Assembly: GCF_009914755.1 (NCBI RefSeq)
Contig: NC_060939.1
DNA length: 64,000 nucleotides
Source: the human T2T-CHM13v2.0 reference genome, Homo sapiens
Reading direction: 5' to 3' (one strand)
Below are positions 15,941-29,200 of this stretch, piece by piece. The notes under the pieces are model-generated. The model made no database searches and was not told the DNA's origin. It worked only from the letters and a program-made list of their open reading frames with translations. Every line of letters starts with the position of its first letter. The first letter of the stretch is position 1. A program made the position numbers and the translations under genes.

Positions 15941-16933
15941 GTTCAACATGATTGTATTTAATGATACCCCCATTCCAGAGCTTGCTAGACACTTGTCTCC
16001 TCAGTTACTAGGGGCTAACTAACTATGTGCTATTTCTTTGGGTACTGATTGTGTGTTTTTCTTTATTCCGGTAGAGAGAAACTTTATTCATCCTTTATGA
16101 TAATTCCCTGTTTTCATAGTTGTTGTCTCCATGATACTGTGAGCTGGTTGAGGGCAGAGACCAGGTCTTATCGAACTTTGCCTATCCAGCCCCTGGCATG
16201 GTACAGCTTTGCAATAAAGGATTTTCAATGCATTTGACAGGAAGCCGGGGCCCTAGGGCATATAAAGAAGCCCAATTCAGTGAAAACAGTTCTGCATATA
16301 GCAGCGTGTGTGTGTGCATAAATCAAATGAGGGCCTTAGACTAAGATCTCTGTCTTGAGAATATGTCTGGTCCTCTGTACATTTTTGTTGAATGCTGAGG
16401 AAATCATTGAAATCATTATTCTTAAAATTTCTCTAATAAAAGAGCCCTGGCACCACAGAAGTTGGTGTGTTAAAGGTGTGAAACACAAACTATTAATAAT
16501 AGTCTGATGCAAAAATATCTGGAAATGAATTGAAAGCTCCGATCCTGAGTGGTAGAAAATTCTATTAGTTGACTGTACCCAGGAGGGATGGAGAGTCTTT
16601 ATTTTTCTATGATGGACCAAAGAGCTACAGAGAAAAATCAATGATGAGATTTATGAGTAGGAAGCAATTAAATTGAGTGTTTTTTTTTTTTTAAAGAGAC
16701 AATCATGAAATGTTACATACCCTCAGAATGAATCAATGAACATAAAAATTCACTAAATGTAAGGAATAATAACATTTGCCTCAGTTTTACTTTAGGGCCA
16801 TTTAGAGGAAAGAGTGGAAGAAAAGGGAGATGAGAGAAACTAAGAAATGGAGTATAGAGGAAACAGTAGCCTGAGGAAGGTGCAAATAGTGAAGTAGAGA
16901 AAAATGCAGGCGATGGCAGAGACGGAGTCTTAA

Positions 16934-17576
<643 letters not shown>

Positions 17577-18510
17577 CCAATGAAGCCTTTCTAAGGAAAG
17601 CCAGGCCGACTCTCACTCGCAGACTAGGTGATCAGAGAGAACGATAGTGCCCCTATGAAAGACCCAGGTGTAGAGAGGGCAGTACAGAGGCCCAGAGAGA
17701 GAGAGCCAGCAGCTTTCATGATCCTGCTGCAAGGACGAGGAAAGCCACCACGCACAACCCCAGGCATAACTGTGACGTGCAGGTGTGCAGAGCCTTTCTC
17801 TCCCTCATTTGGACCCTGTGACAAAACTGTAAGGGGGGATTGTTATCTCCATGTTATAGAAGGGAAAGGAGAGTTGCAGGGGTGTTAAGTGCCTTGTCTC
17901 ATATTACCCAGTTAATATGAAACTCAAAATCTCACACATTTTCCACTGTAATCCCCACCCCCACAACTTGCCCCCTAAAATGATGATGCTTTTGGTGTAG
18001 ACTGGAGTTTAGAGTCTGTGTCTATGAGATTCTCCATATGATTCTTACTCTGCTTTTTAAAGAAAAATGGTTTTAAAATGGCCCCCATTTATATGTGAAC
18101 ATGATCCAAGCTAAATCATTCCACCAGAAATAAAACCTCATTGACTAAATGTCTCTTTTCCCTAGTCAGCACATGAGGTGGGTGTTCTCTTTGCCACCAT
18201 AGCCATGACAAGAGGCTGATCCTGTGTCGTCTTCTGTTACTTGGTTCTGCAGATCTAGGATCCTGGAATTCACAAGTGAATGCATTTTGTGTGCCATTTC
18301 CCTAGAACTGTAAATGACTCACCCCAAGGAGCTGCTGTCTAGATGAGAAACAAAACCTCACACTATTGCTGCTGCTGCTTCATCATGGGGAAATGACTTC
18401 TGGGCTTAGGTGATTAAGTCTCTTTCTACCACTTTACTACAGGAAGACATGTCCTTGGCACATCAGACAGAACACTGAAGTTATCTTGCAAATTACTTTA
18501 ATGGAATTAA

Positions 18511-18889
<379 letters not shown>

Positions 18890-18987
18890 TTACAGCAACA
18901 GGAGTGCTTCATATACTTACCAATGGCCAGTGTTTGTATTGCCAGGCACGGGAATAGTGTGATTTCCCATGCTGAATTTATAGAGAT

Positions 18988-19209
18988 CAGGGGTTTGGCA
19001 TTCTACATGTGGCCTATGGACCAAATGTGGCCTGCTGCCTGTTTTTGTAAATAAAGTTTTATTGAAACACAGCCATTTCCATTTGTTCATATATTGTCCA
19101 TGCATGCTGCTTTTGTGTTATGGTGGTAGAGTTGAGTAGCTGCTATGATGACCATATGGCCTAAATATCTACTGACTGGCTTTTTACAGAGAAAGTATGC
19201 CAGACCCTG
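18988..19209. mobile_element. MER58A (opposite orientation to the 1540 copy)
   Basis: caggggtttggca...cagaccctg; ttttgtaaataaagttttattgaaacacagcc. Confidence 0.85.
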
Positions 19210-21077
19210 TTCAGGAACCCCTGTTGGGAAAACCACAGGTTTTTGCAGGACCACAGCGAGATTGACATCTCCTGCACTGTTTTTAGCATCTGCTCCCTGA
19301 CATGGGCCCTGCTGCTGAGTGTGCAGTTTGAGGGTATAGGTTCCCCGAAGCTCCCCAGGAAGAGCCTGCTCAGTTCTGTCACATCTGCCACTACTCAGCA
19401 GAAGGACTTTAAAATGCAGGCTCTCCACACTGCACTCCCGGGCTCCTCCCAGCCTCATAGAGCATCCTGCTCTCACCCTTCACAAGCGCTCCAGACTGAG
19501 CCAGGTGAGACTCTCGCAGGGACCTTTCGGCTCCACCTTGTTTGTTCCATGCCTCCAATCAGCTGCTGCCTCTGTTGAGCTGGATCTCTAAGGTGGCTCT
19601 GCCACAGGGGCCTTTCCTTGCTGTTACACCAGCATTAGCCTGCTGAAGCCTCCTCTCTCCCCAGCACTGTGGAAACAGCTGCCCCGGCCGTCTCTCCTCC
19701 CTGATACCTGCACAGCAGTGCCAGGTTAATACTGCAGAAGAGCGGCTCCTGCTCAAGAACCTCCCTTCGCTCCCCATTGACCTCTAAATCAAAGCCTCAG
19801 TCTGGCCTTCAAGGTTGTTTTTATCTCAGACGACTACTCACAGTTCTCTGAAGCCACTCCATATTCCTGCCTTTCCCCAGGGGTGGTCTAAACTCTCCCT
19901 CTGCCAGCCTCCTTGACGCCACTGATCTTTGCTCTTGGAATGTTGTGGCAGCCTCTCCCCTCCCACAGCTATTAAAATCTAATTGATCTTTGTTGCATCC
20001 CAGGTATATATTCCTCCACACACAGCCAAATGAATGTTGTTGCTCCCTCAAACCCTCTGCCACTCTGTTACCCTGTTGCAGGCTGTACCATTGTTAGATT
20101 GTTTCTTTCTGCTGTCCCCAGACTGTAAACTCCTACAAGGCAGCATGCTCTCTTAATCATGGTTATGTTTCTTGCATCTATCACAGAGCAGGCACTTGGC
20201 TGTGTGGGACTGAATTTGAAGTGAAGTCACAGAGCATGCACACCAGTGATGTGGCTAGCTTTTTAGTGTGCACCTACTGTGGGCCAGCTGCTCTGATGTA
20301 TGACTTCATTAATGTCCGCAGAAGCAAGTATTGTTCTCTCCACCACACAGGTGTGGAAACAGGCTCAGGAAGATTGACTTGACCAAATGCTGTCAAAGCC
20401 AGATGGGAACTCGAGGCTCTCCTGCTCCAGACTTACACTGATAGGACCAGGCTGCTCTGGTGTAAACATCCATGCATGCACAACCTCTCTGCCACCTGAT
20501 ACACATGCACACGCCTCTACCTGCATGCATGTTAGAGTCACCCAGGGAACTCTGAAAATACAGATGCCCAGTCTTGCAGGTGGGAGGACACGCACAGGTG
20601 TTTTTCAAAAGCTCAGGTGATGCCAGTTCAGGCCAAGGCCCCGCCACCCAGACCAGAGTGAGAAGATGGACACACCTCTGGGAGAGCCCCTGAGTTGCTG
20701 CTGCCTGCCCCTAAGAATAAGTGTTTTTTTGTTAAGTGAATGCCTGATAACCTTGCCCCTGGTTGGCACCTTTTGAAGGTGAGGATGGGCTCATGAATAC
20801 TTGGCCGTGGCCTCTGAATGTGTCCTGTCCTATGGCAACATAGACTGAAGCTCTCCCTTTTGGGCTAAGTGCTGATAGTTTCAGTTGGCCTTAGTGTGAC
20901 TTCAGCACTTTCCAGAAGGTGAGGCTCCCAGAAATGCATCCCAACATTTCCCACATGAGGAGACAGTGTCTCTATGAACTGGAAATGAGGAGGCGATAAT
21001 TTCAATTTGTAGATAACTTAAACTCTTTCATCTTTTGAATGGGGGAAGGCTAGTTGAGAAGAGGAAGCTGAGTAAAG

Positions 21078-21256
21078 CAGAGGTACTCAAAGTGGGGTCC
21101 TCTGATGAGCAGCATCAGTGTCACCAGGTAGCTTGTTAGAAACGCATAGTCTAGACCCCACCCCAGACCTGCAAAATCAAAGACTCTGGGCTTGGGGTTC
21201 AGCAGTCTCACACTCTCTGGGGGTAATTTTACTGCCAATGAAGGTTGAGAACCTTG
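21078..21256. mobile_element. MER5A (hAT-Charlie)
   Basis: ctcaaagtgggg, agcagcatcagtgtcacc, cttgttagaaacgca, ccccaccccagacct, ttgagaacc. Confidence 0.8.
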
Positions 21257-21293
21257 GTTCTAGAATGATGGTGAGTATGTGCCTGGTGCCTGA

Positions 21294-21675
<382 letters not shown>

Positions 21676-23109
21676 GGGACATCTATATTTTTAACAATTG
21701 CCCCAGGACATTCTGAAATGCAAGCTGATTTTTTTTTTTTGAATAATCATTGTAGAAGCCTGATACATACTGCATACTTTACATAATAACTTCATATACA
21801 CTTGGTTCAGGATAAGGACGCTTCCTCTTTCCTTTTCCTCTTGCAGTTATGGCTCCTTCTTCTCTAATTATCAAGACCTTCTCCATTAGTCCTGTTACCC
21901 ATTAAGTAAAGGCAGTCATTCCCTTCCACATGCTCTTCCTCAGGCTGGGTTGTTCACTGCCACATAAAGGCTACAAGTGGGTTTTATGGCCTCATGCATA
22001 CTTAGTCTGTCTTCTCAAAATTGTGTTTTAAATGAGTGAAAACATTAGCCTCTGATCTAATTGATCCACAAAGCATCATTTCAGAATCTTTGCATGACTT
22101 CCCAGACTGGCATTGCAGCCCAGCAGAAGGCCACAGGTCAAGGAGGGAAAGACCGTACTACTTCCTGTCACCCCTGTGCGTTGCTCTGCAAAGAGCAGGT
22201 GGGAGCCAGGACAAGAGCTGCAGGCACGGGCGTTATCTGTCTCTAAAAGAACTGATTATTTTTTGTTTTGCCCACAGCTGTCTCTGTCCCAATCACCCTT
22301 ATCTGTCATCAATGTGCACACCTGCATGATATTTTATGACACAGCACACCTGCTGAAATGGAGCAGTTGTCATGTTTCAGATTTGTTGTCTTGTGTGTAT
22401 GTCATGAGGCATCATGGCAAAAATGAGATACAGCTTCTGTTCTCTCCCTTCCCCCTACTTTGTTACCCTCCAGCCTCATGGTGGGTCCTAAAGCTGAAGA
22501 CCTACCAGACTGCTTCAGCCACCTCTCCGGGGGTGACTTTCTAGGGGACCCCACCCAGACATGTTCTTTTCCACTTCTGCATCCAGTCCCCTTTGGACCT
22601 CTCAAGACTCACACAAAGGCCTGGGCGAGGCTCCCCAAAGCCCCCTACCTCCCAGGTCTTTAGGCTGCCTTCCTTTTTGTTGCCACATTGCATCACCTAT
22701 TATAAACCTCTGGTAAATCATTTATTCCATCATGTATGTATGTTTGTTTGTGTTGCGAAGGAAAGTAGTAAATAAATGAATTTGTTTTTACTTGCCCAGA
22801 CCCTTCAGACAGAACTTCTTTGGCAGTATTTAAAAGCCATTTGAATGATGCCAGGACTAGCTAAACTTCGTTTCTGAACAGCGGCAAACACCTGGTGTTT
22901 TAAAAGTAACAGTCTAATCACATAACTAGGGCTGAGTGATCTGCAAGCTGGCCTTGACTTGTCTAGAAAGCACAATAGAAATAGGAGTTGGGATCAGAAT
23001 GCCAGAGATAGAGGGTGTCACAGATGTCATAACCCTGCTCTGCAGAGCTTGCCGAAGGCCAGGGCTGAAAGAGAGACCCCCAATAATGGGTGTCATGGCC
23101 TTAGCCCCG

Positions 23110-23276
23110 CGCTGCTCACTGCCATTAGAATCACCTGGGAGCTTTGAAAGCGTCCTAGGGCCCCCAGGCCACTCCCCAGACCAGTTCAGTCAGAACCTCC
23201 CAGGTGGGACCAGGCCTCTCAAATTTTTAGTGCTCCCCGAGTGCCTCCAATCTGCAGGTAGGATTGAGAACCACTA
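23110..23276. mobile_element. MER5A/B fragment
   Basis: cattagaatcacctgggagcttt...ttgagaaccact. Confidence 0.7.
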
Positions 23277-24315
23277 GGCTCAAGGAGTTTGTTTAAATAT
23301 GTGGGTTTGAAAATGAGGCTAAGAGGAATCACCTGGCTATAGCATTTTTTTGGTTTGTTTTTTTAGTAACGGGAAATTGAATAGAAGCATGCTAATTAGC
23401 ACAGGCGTATGTTTATATGTGCATAGATACACGTATCTGGACACTGCAGAGGTTGTAGATGCATGGACGTTTACAACAGTGTCCATATTTGTAGATTTGG
23501 AGGAAGGTTAGATCCATATGACTCTCCTTTTTGACCTTTCCTTAGTAGACACACCCGGTTGGTCAGCAGATCCAGCTCATTCTCCCTGAAATAGAACTCT
23601 GCCCTAAAATGCTTCTTACATCTTTTCCTGTTCATTTCCATTGCCAGTGTGTTGACGTGGCCTTTTCTTCTCCCCTCTCTCAATATGGCCCAGCTGTCTT
23701 CACTGCTGGCCTTCTTCCACCCTCCATTCACCACACCTGGTGTGACCCCTACACTATTAAACCTTTGCTGTTCTCCGGTGTTCACAGATAAATGATAATG
23801 ATAATGGTTATAGCTGACCCTTCCCTAGCATTTACATGTATGTGTTGTTGACTCTTGACACCAGCTCTATGAGGTAGCACTCTTATCCCCCTTTTACAGA
23901 TGGGGAAACTAACGCGCAAAGTAACTTGGTCAAGGTCAGCCAGAGTCAGGATGGACCCAGGTGGTCTGGCCCTAGAGCCTCTGTTTTGCTGCCTCTCTCC
24001 ATGCACTCCTGCCATGTAGGAAGGGAGAGGCTGCTCTGTGCTAACAGACTTTTCATCCATTATTTTTAATCTTCACATCCCTCCTGCTGATTAGATATTA
24101 TGATTCCTGTTTTGTAGAATCCAGGCTGGGAGAGTTTGAGTAACATGACTGAGGACACAGAGCTAAGGAAATAATAACAGGGGTTCAAACCAGGTTTTCT
24201 TCCCTCCATGATCTGTATTGTGTCTACCTAATTGCTCGGGATTGTCTAAATTCACCCCTGTGGCATTTGTGGCTCCTTACAATTTGTCCTCACCCCACCT
24301 TTCCAACTATTTTCT

Positions 24316-24622
24316 TCCTTTTTTTTTTTTTTTTTTTGGAAGCAAGGTCTCGCTCTGTTGCCCAAACTGGAGTGCAGTGGTGTGATCTCAGCTCACTGCA
24401 ACCGCCGCCTCCAGGGTTCAAGCAATTCTCCTGCCTCAGCCTTCCCTGAGTAGCTGGGATTATAGGTATGCACCACCACGCCTCGCTAAATTGTGTATTT
24501 TTAGTAGAGAAGGGGTTTTGCCATGTTGGCCAGGCTGGTCTCGAACTCCTGGCCTCAAGTGACCTGCCCACCTCGGCCTCCCAAAGTGTTGGGATTACAG
24601 GTGTGAGCCACTGCTCCCGGCC
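24316..24622 (-). mobile_element. AluS/J
   Basis: Full reverse-complement Alu; TSD cca(a/g)ctattttct at 24303-24315 and 24623-24635. Confidence 0.95.
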
Positions 24623-25619
24623 CCAGCTATTTTCTCTTCCATGATGAAATCATGCCACCTATCTTTGGCTCATGCTGTTCCTTTTGCCTGAAATGTTCTT
24701 CCCTACTCAGCGAGGACATCATTCAGCTGTCAGATCTCCCATGACAAGGACTCTTGTCTTGCTCACAGCACCCTGCGTGGAATTTGCACACAGCAGCAGA
24801 GGGTAGCCATCTCATTTTCTTACCACTTTAAGAAGCCCTGTAAGAATGCATCTCCTCATGGCCCCCTTGGTGTGAGGTCTGCATCACACATCTCACCTCC
24901 AGTCCCTTTGTGTTATTCTTAGGTACATGTTTACCTTCTTGCTAGATGGCTTCTTCAGGCCAGATGTCCTCTCTCCATCACTTTTCTCTTGTGTCTAGGG
25001 CATTGCCTGGCAAGCAGCAGATGTTCGGTATATGTTTAACAAACATAGGGCAGACAAGAATACAAAAAAACGGGGGAAATCATAATATTCAGTTGGAGGG
25101 TACTTGGCAGGGTCATAGTGCTTAGAACAGTCAGGGGTGTATTTACCTGATGGCCTCTGGGGAAATGTACACTGGAAATTTCCAGACGGAAGCAAAGAGC
25201 AAATGATTACCCCGCTGGGCTGATTTAGCTTGTGCATTTTGCCACTTGGGTTTTGTTAAGTTTGTTTTTATTTTGAGGTGGGGGATAGGCTTTGCTAACC
25301 TCCTGCGGAAAATCTCCTGGCTCCTCTGTCTTCCTGGCATGGACTTTATCCCTAGTATATATTTGGGAGTGTGTGCAAACCGCGCACTTCAGGACTTTTA
25401 TAGGTTTTCATGGGCTGTCTGTGGTGGAGGTCTGTGGGGGTGGGGAATGCAGTGTTTCCGGAAGAGGGTAGAAGCTTTCAGGATGGAAACAGGTGCCAGA
25501 AAAAACATTGTTGCTACTGGGAAAGTGAATTCGTTAACTGAATTAGGGTTATGATACTAAATAAACGTCTTTCTGATTCGTCAGGTTAAAAGGCATTTAC
25601 ACAGCTGCCTTTTTGCACC

Positions 25620-26200
25620 TGGCACCGGAGGCCAGGTGGGAGGGTCCCGGGGGGGATGGGCAGAGCGCACTGTCAGGCGGGAAGGAGAGGCTTCCTGGGC
25701 ATCTTCTTGGATTGGCTCTGACCTTTCTTCTTGCCCCCCTCAGGTGAGCGTCCTGACCACCCTGGAGCGTAGGTTCAACCTGCAGAGCGCTGACGTGGGT
25801 GTGATCGCTAGCAGCTTCGAGATCGGGAACCTGGCGCTCATCCTCTTCGTGAGCTACTTCGGGGCACGCGGGCACCGGCCGCGCCTGATCGGCTGCGGCG
25901 GCATCGTCATGGCGCTGGGCGCGCTGCTGTCGGCGCTGCCCGAGTTCCTGACCCACCAGTACAAGTACGAGGCGGGCGAGATCCGCTGGGGCGCCGAGGG
26001 CCGCGACGTCTGCGCAGCCAACGGCTCGGGCGGCGACGAGGGGCCCGACCCCGACCTCATCTGCCGCAACCGGACGGCTACCAACATGATGTACTTGCTG
26101 CTCATTGGGGCCCAGGTGCTCCTGGGCATCGGTGCTACCCCTGTGCAGCCCCTGGGCGTCTCCTACATCGACGACCACGTGCGGAGGAAGGACTCCTCGC
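25620..26200. promoter_or_regulatory. Intragenic CpG island / CpG-rich patch over the coding exon
   Basis: Dense CpG (e.g. gcacgcgggcaccggccgcgcc, ggcgccgagggccgcgacg) compared with CpG-depleted flanks. Confidence 0.8.
25715..25743 (+). promoter_or_regulatory. 3' splice site with branch point and polypyrimidine tract
   Basis: gctctgAc with branch A at 25721 (-23), followed by ctttcttcttgccccccct and cag. Confidence 0.9.
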
Positions 26201-26209
26201 TCTATATAG
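25744..26209 (+). CDS. SLCO3A1: Internal coding exon (probably exon 2) of solute carrier organic anion transporter OATP3A1; 466 nt = 155 codons + 1 nt (phase 0 start, phase 1 end)
   Basis: Translation VSVLTTLERRFNLQSADVGVIASSFEIGNLALILFVSYFGARGHRPRLIG...GIGATPVQPLGVSYIDDHVRRKDSSLYI(G) carries OATP motifs (ERRF, FVSYFG..HRPR.IG, LG.SYIDD) and matches my recollection of SLCO3A1. N-glycan sequons NGS and NRT are present. Canonical CAG acceptor at 25741-25743 and GT donor at 26210-26211; strong GC3 codon bias. Confidence 0.96.
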
Positions 26210-26215
26210 GTAGGA
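26207..26215 (+). promoter_or_regulatory. 5' splice donor TAG|GTAGGA
   Basis: OATP homology and GC3 bias end exactly here; non-consensus G at +4. Confidence 0.9.
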
Positions 26216-29200
26216 GCTGCCCCAGCCGTATTAGCAAGAGACCAGGGTGTGTTGACCATGGATAAAAGGTGGCCTGGTGGACTTTGATTTTGCCAGAGTA
26301 CTGGTTCTCAGACTTGGCTGCACACCTAGTGTTCTTGAAAAATACTCATGCCTGGGGGTGCAACCTGGGCATTGAGACGTTTTTAAAAGTTCCCAGGTGA
26401 TTCTTGTGAGCGGCCGAATTTGAGCTCCACGGGGCTAGACCACTAACACCGCTTCAGTGGGAAAACATGATCGGGAGGAGTTGTATGTTTATCTCTTCTT
26501 TTTGAGTGCGTATGTGGACTTTGGGCTTTCTGATATTAGCCACCAAGGTATACTTGGGGTCTACACATTGGAAACTCCAGCTTTGAAGAATCAGAATGAT
26601 GTCCTGGTCATTGTCCTGTTGCAGCTCAAAAGGAGAGGTGATGGCTTTGCCAGCATTTGGCATCATTCGAAGTTGGTGACTTCCGGTAATTTTTTCAATA
26701 ATGGAAGTATGCATGGGAATTGGGTATGTAGAGAGAAATAAGGTATTTGTGTTTTGAAAAGTTATTTTTCACGGTCAGAGTTTCTGATGTTTTATACTGG
26801 AAGGATGGAAACCACTTGTGCGTGGGGGTTAAGAATCATCTGAGTGGCAAGTTGTTTATTACGTGGCGGGCAGTGTTTTCAGTGGCTGCGGTGGGCTCTG
26901 TTGGATGGCAGCGTGCAAGGTGAGGGCTGGCCAGCCCCGCATCTCTATCCCTTGTTTACAAAGTATAATTCTGTCTCCTGCCAGCTGCTGGATTTTTCTG
27001 ACATCCCCAGTCACTGAGTGCTAAGCTTTGAAAACATTACCTCTACCCAGGGAAGCTTTATGCCTCCCAAAAGCAATGTGCCTTGAGGTAGAAAGTTAAT
27101 TATATTATGGAGTTTTAAGTGAAAATAGAATTTGAACTGGATTTGACATAAAGGTTCCTATCTGCCAGGCTTCAAGCTTGCTGAGATAGGATGGTTTGGA
27201 AGCAGGACACACCGAAATGCAGATTTTTCTCTGTGTCTTTCTGGCCCAGCTTTGGAGTAGACGCGTTTACTGAACACGGATGTTGCACGCGGATGTTCTG
27301 GCTGGCTGTGAGCAGGCTCTGGGCAGGAAAGATGGAAGGAATGCGCCTCTCCATTCAGAGGATGGAGCACCAGTGAGCCTAGTCACCAGCTACCTATGGA
27401 ACAAAGGGGAAGAGAAAACGGCTCAGGCCAGAGATGGTTAGGGGTTTCCATTATTACCTGAGAGTGGTTATGGTGGAGGAAGGGAAACTAAGGTAATCAT
27501 TTTTCTTTCATTGCCTTAAGTCTTGAGTGAAAGCCGCTCCACGTGAGTTTTTTGCACACCAGATCATGGACTACAGCATGTAGCCACAAAGGTCTCCTGA
27601 GGTCCACCCTCTGACTTGACTGATGTCACCCTAGGGCTCTGGGAGAGTTGTTTTCTGGTAGGAATAACAGGAAGTAGATCAATCAGAGCACAGGGAATGA
27701 AATGGGGAGTGAAAACCTGAATTGTTGTCTCTGCTGATAGAATCAAGTAGAAAAATTTCTCCCCAGAGTCACCCCTGAAGTCCTAACAGTGCTGTATCAC
27801 TTCTGCCTGGGGCTTCCAGCCGTAGTCACTGAACCCTCTTCTGGAAGTGTCTCCTGATGAGTTAAGCTGTGCTGTTTCCCCACACTGGGTGAGGGTTGGT
27901 TTGAATGTGCCAAAAGCTTTATGGTGAGGAAGCACTTTGGTTTGGGACATGGGGGTGTGGGAGGTGGAGGCGTGGACAGTAGGGCTGATCATTTGAGGCA
28001 GAAGGCCTTCTTGAATTCTGAGGCCTTGTCTGTGGGATTTGCATTGAGTCTTTGGTAGGAAGAACTATTCAGCCAAATTTCTATTTGGTCACCCCATTCC
28101 TCTGTGATAAGTCTGAGTTGGGGGAGTGTCTCTTTGCATGACATACGAACATCTTGGTGGCTCTGTTACATATGGCCAGATTCCAAAACATCGTAGCCCA
28201 TGCCATGGAGATGATAGTTCTGGGTTTCTCTGCACTGGTTTACATGGGTTTGTGTTTATCGGGATCAGGAGAGGACAAGTCTTTTGCATAGATTGGCCTC
28301 AATAGGGGGCCTTTTATTCCATATGTGGTTTATTCTCCAGGTATAATTTAAGATCATAGCATATGCAGAGTATAACTGGTTCATTTATTTATTGTATGAG
28401 CTATAAAAAAAGTGTTTGTGGTAGTGAGAATATTTCAGAGTTTATCTCCTCTAATATGGCACTAGTTCCTGAAGCCACTTAACTTTACTTCACAGTATTT
28501 GGGGTAGCCCACTGAACAGGATTGATATAAAATTCTGGCCTCTTAACTCCCTGAAGAGGAGGAAAGTCTCAAGGGACTGATGCTGGGACTGTAGGTGTAA
28601 CTGTATATCCATCGGGGAGGAATAACATGTGTACCCCTGGTTCCAGCTCCTGCAGAGTTGGTCTAGAGAGGGGCCCACAACCAATTGTCTGGTCATATGC
28701 CTAAATCGTGACACTATAGTGGAGATTGAAAGGATTCTAAATATGGCATGTGTAAAACACCAGCTTGTTCTTGAGCTGAGCCTTCCCTTTGGGTGTCAGC
28801 AGGGAACAGAATGATCAACATGCACAGCTCAGGCTGCAGATCAGTGGTGATGACACCTGCCCCGGGTCACCCGCATTGTGGGTCACTAGATGGGTGCTGT
28901 TTGTACATCGGTGGCCGTGTCGTAGCTTCCACTACAACCCAGGGCAAAGTGAAGCATTCCATCTTGAATCAAGCCGATATTTTCCACTGAAATGACTTAC
29001 TTGCTTTGGCCTCTTGTGGCTGAGCCGCTGCCAGATTCCTGGATTCCTGGATGGGCTATTCACAAGGGGCTCCTCTGGCTGGCACCATTCTTCAGCCCGT
29101 CCTTTCCAGTGTGGGAGGGAGCCAAGGGAGCTCATTACCAGGGGACAAAACTGGATGAATGGGGACTCGGCTCTGCTGGCAGGCTTTCACTGCGGCATCA

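Noticed and set aside
25597-26259. 220-aa antisense ORF over the exon
   Set aside because: Shadow ORF from high GC3 codon usage on the coding strand; no recognisable domain
25636-26265. 209-aa ORF as a stand-alone gene
   Set aside because: Its N- and C-terminal extensions are intronic read-through beyond canonical splice sites, and the start codon is GTG
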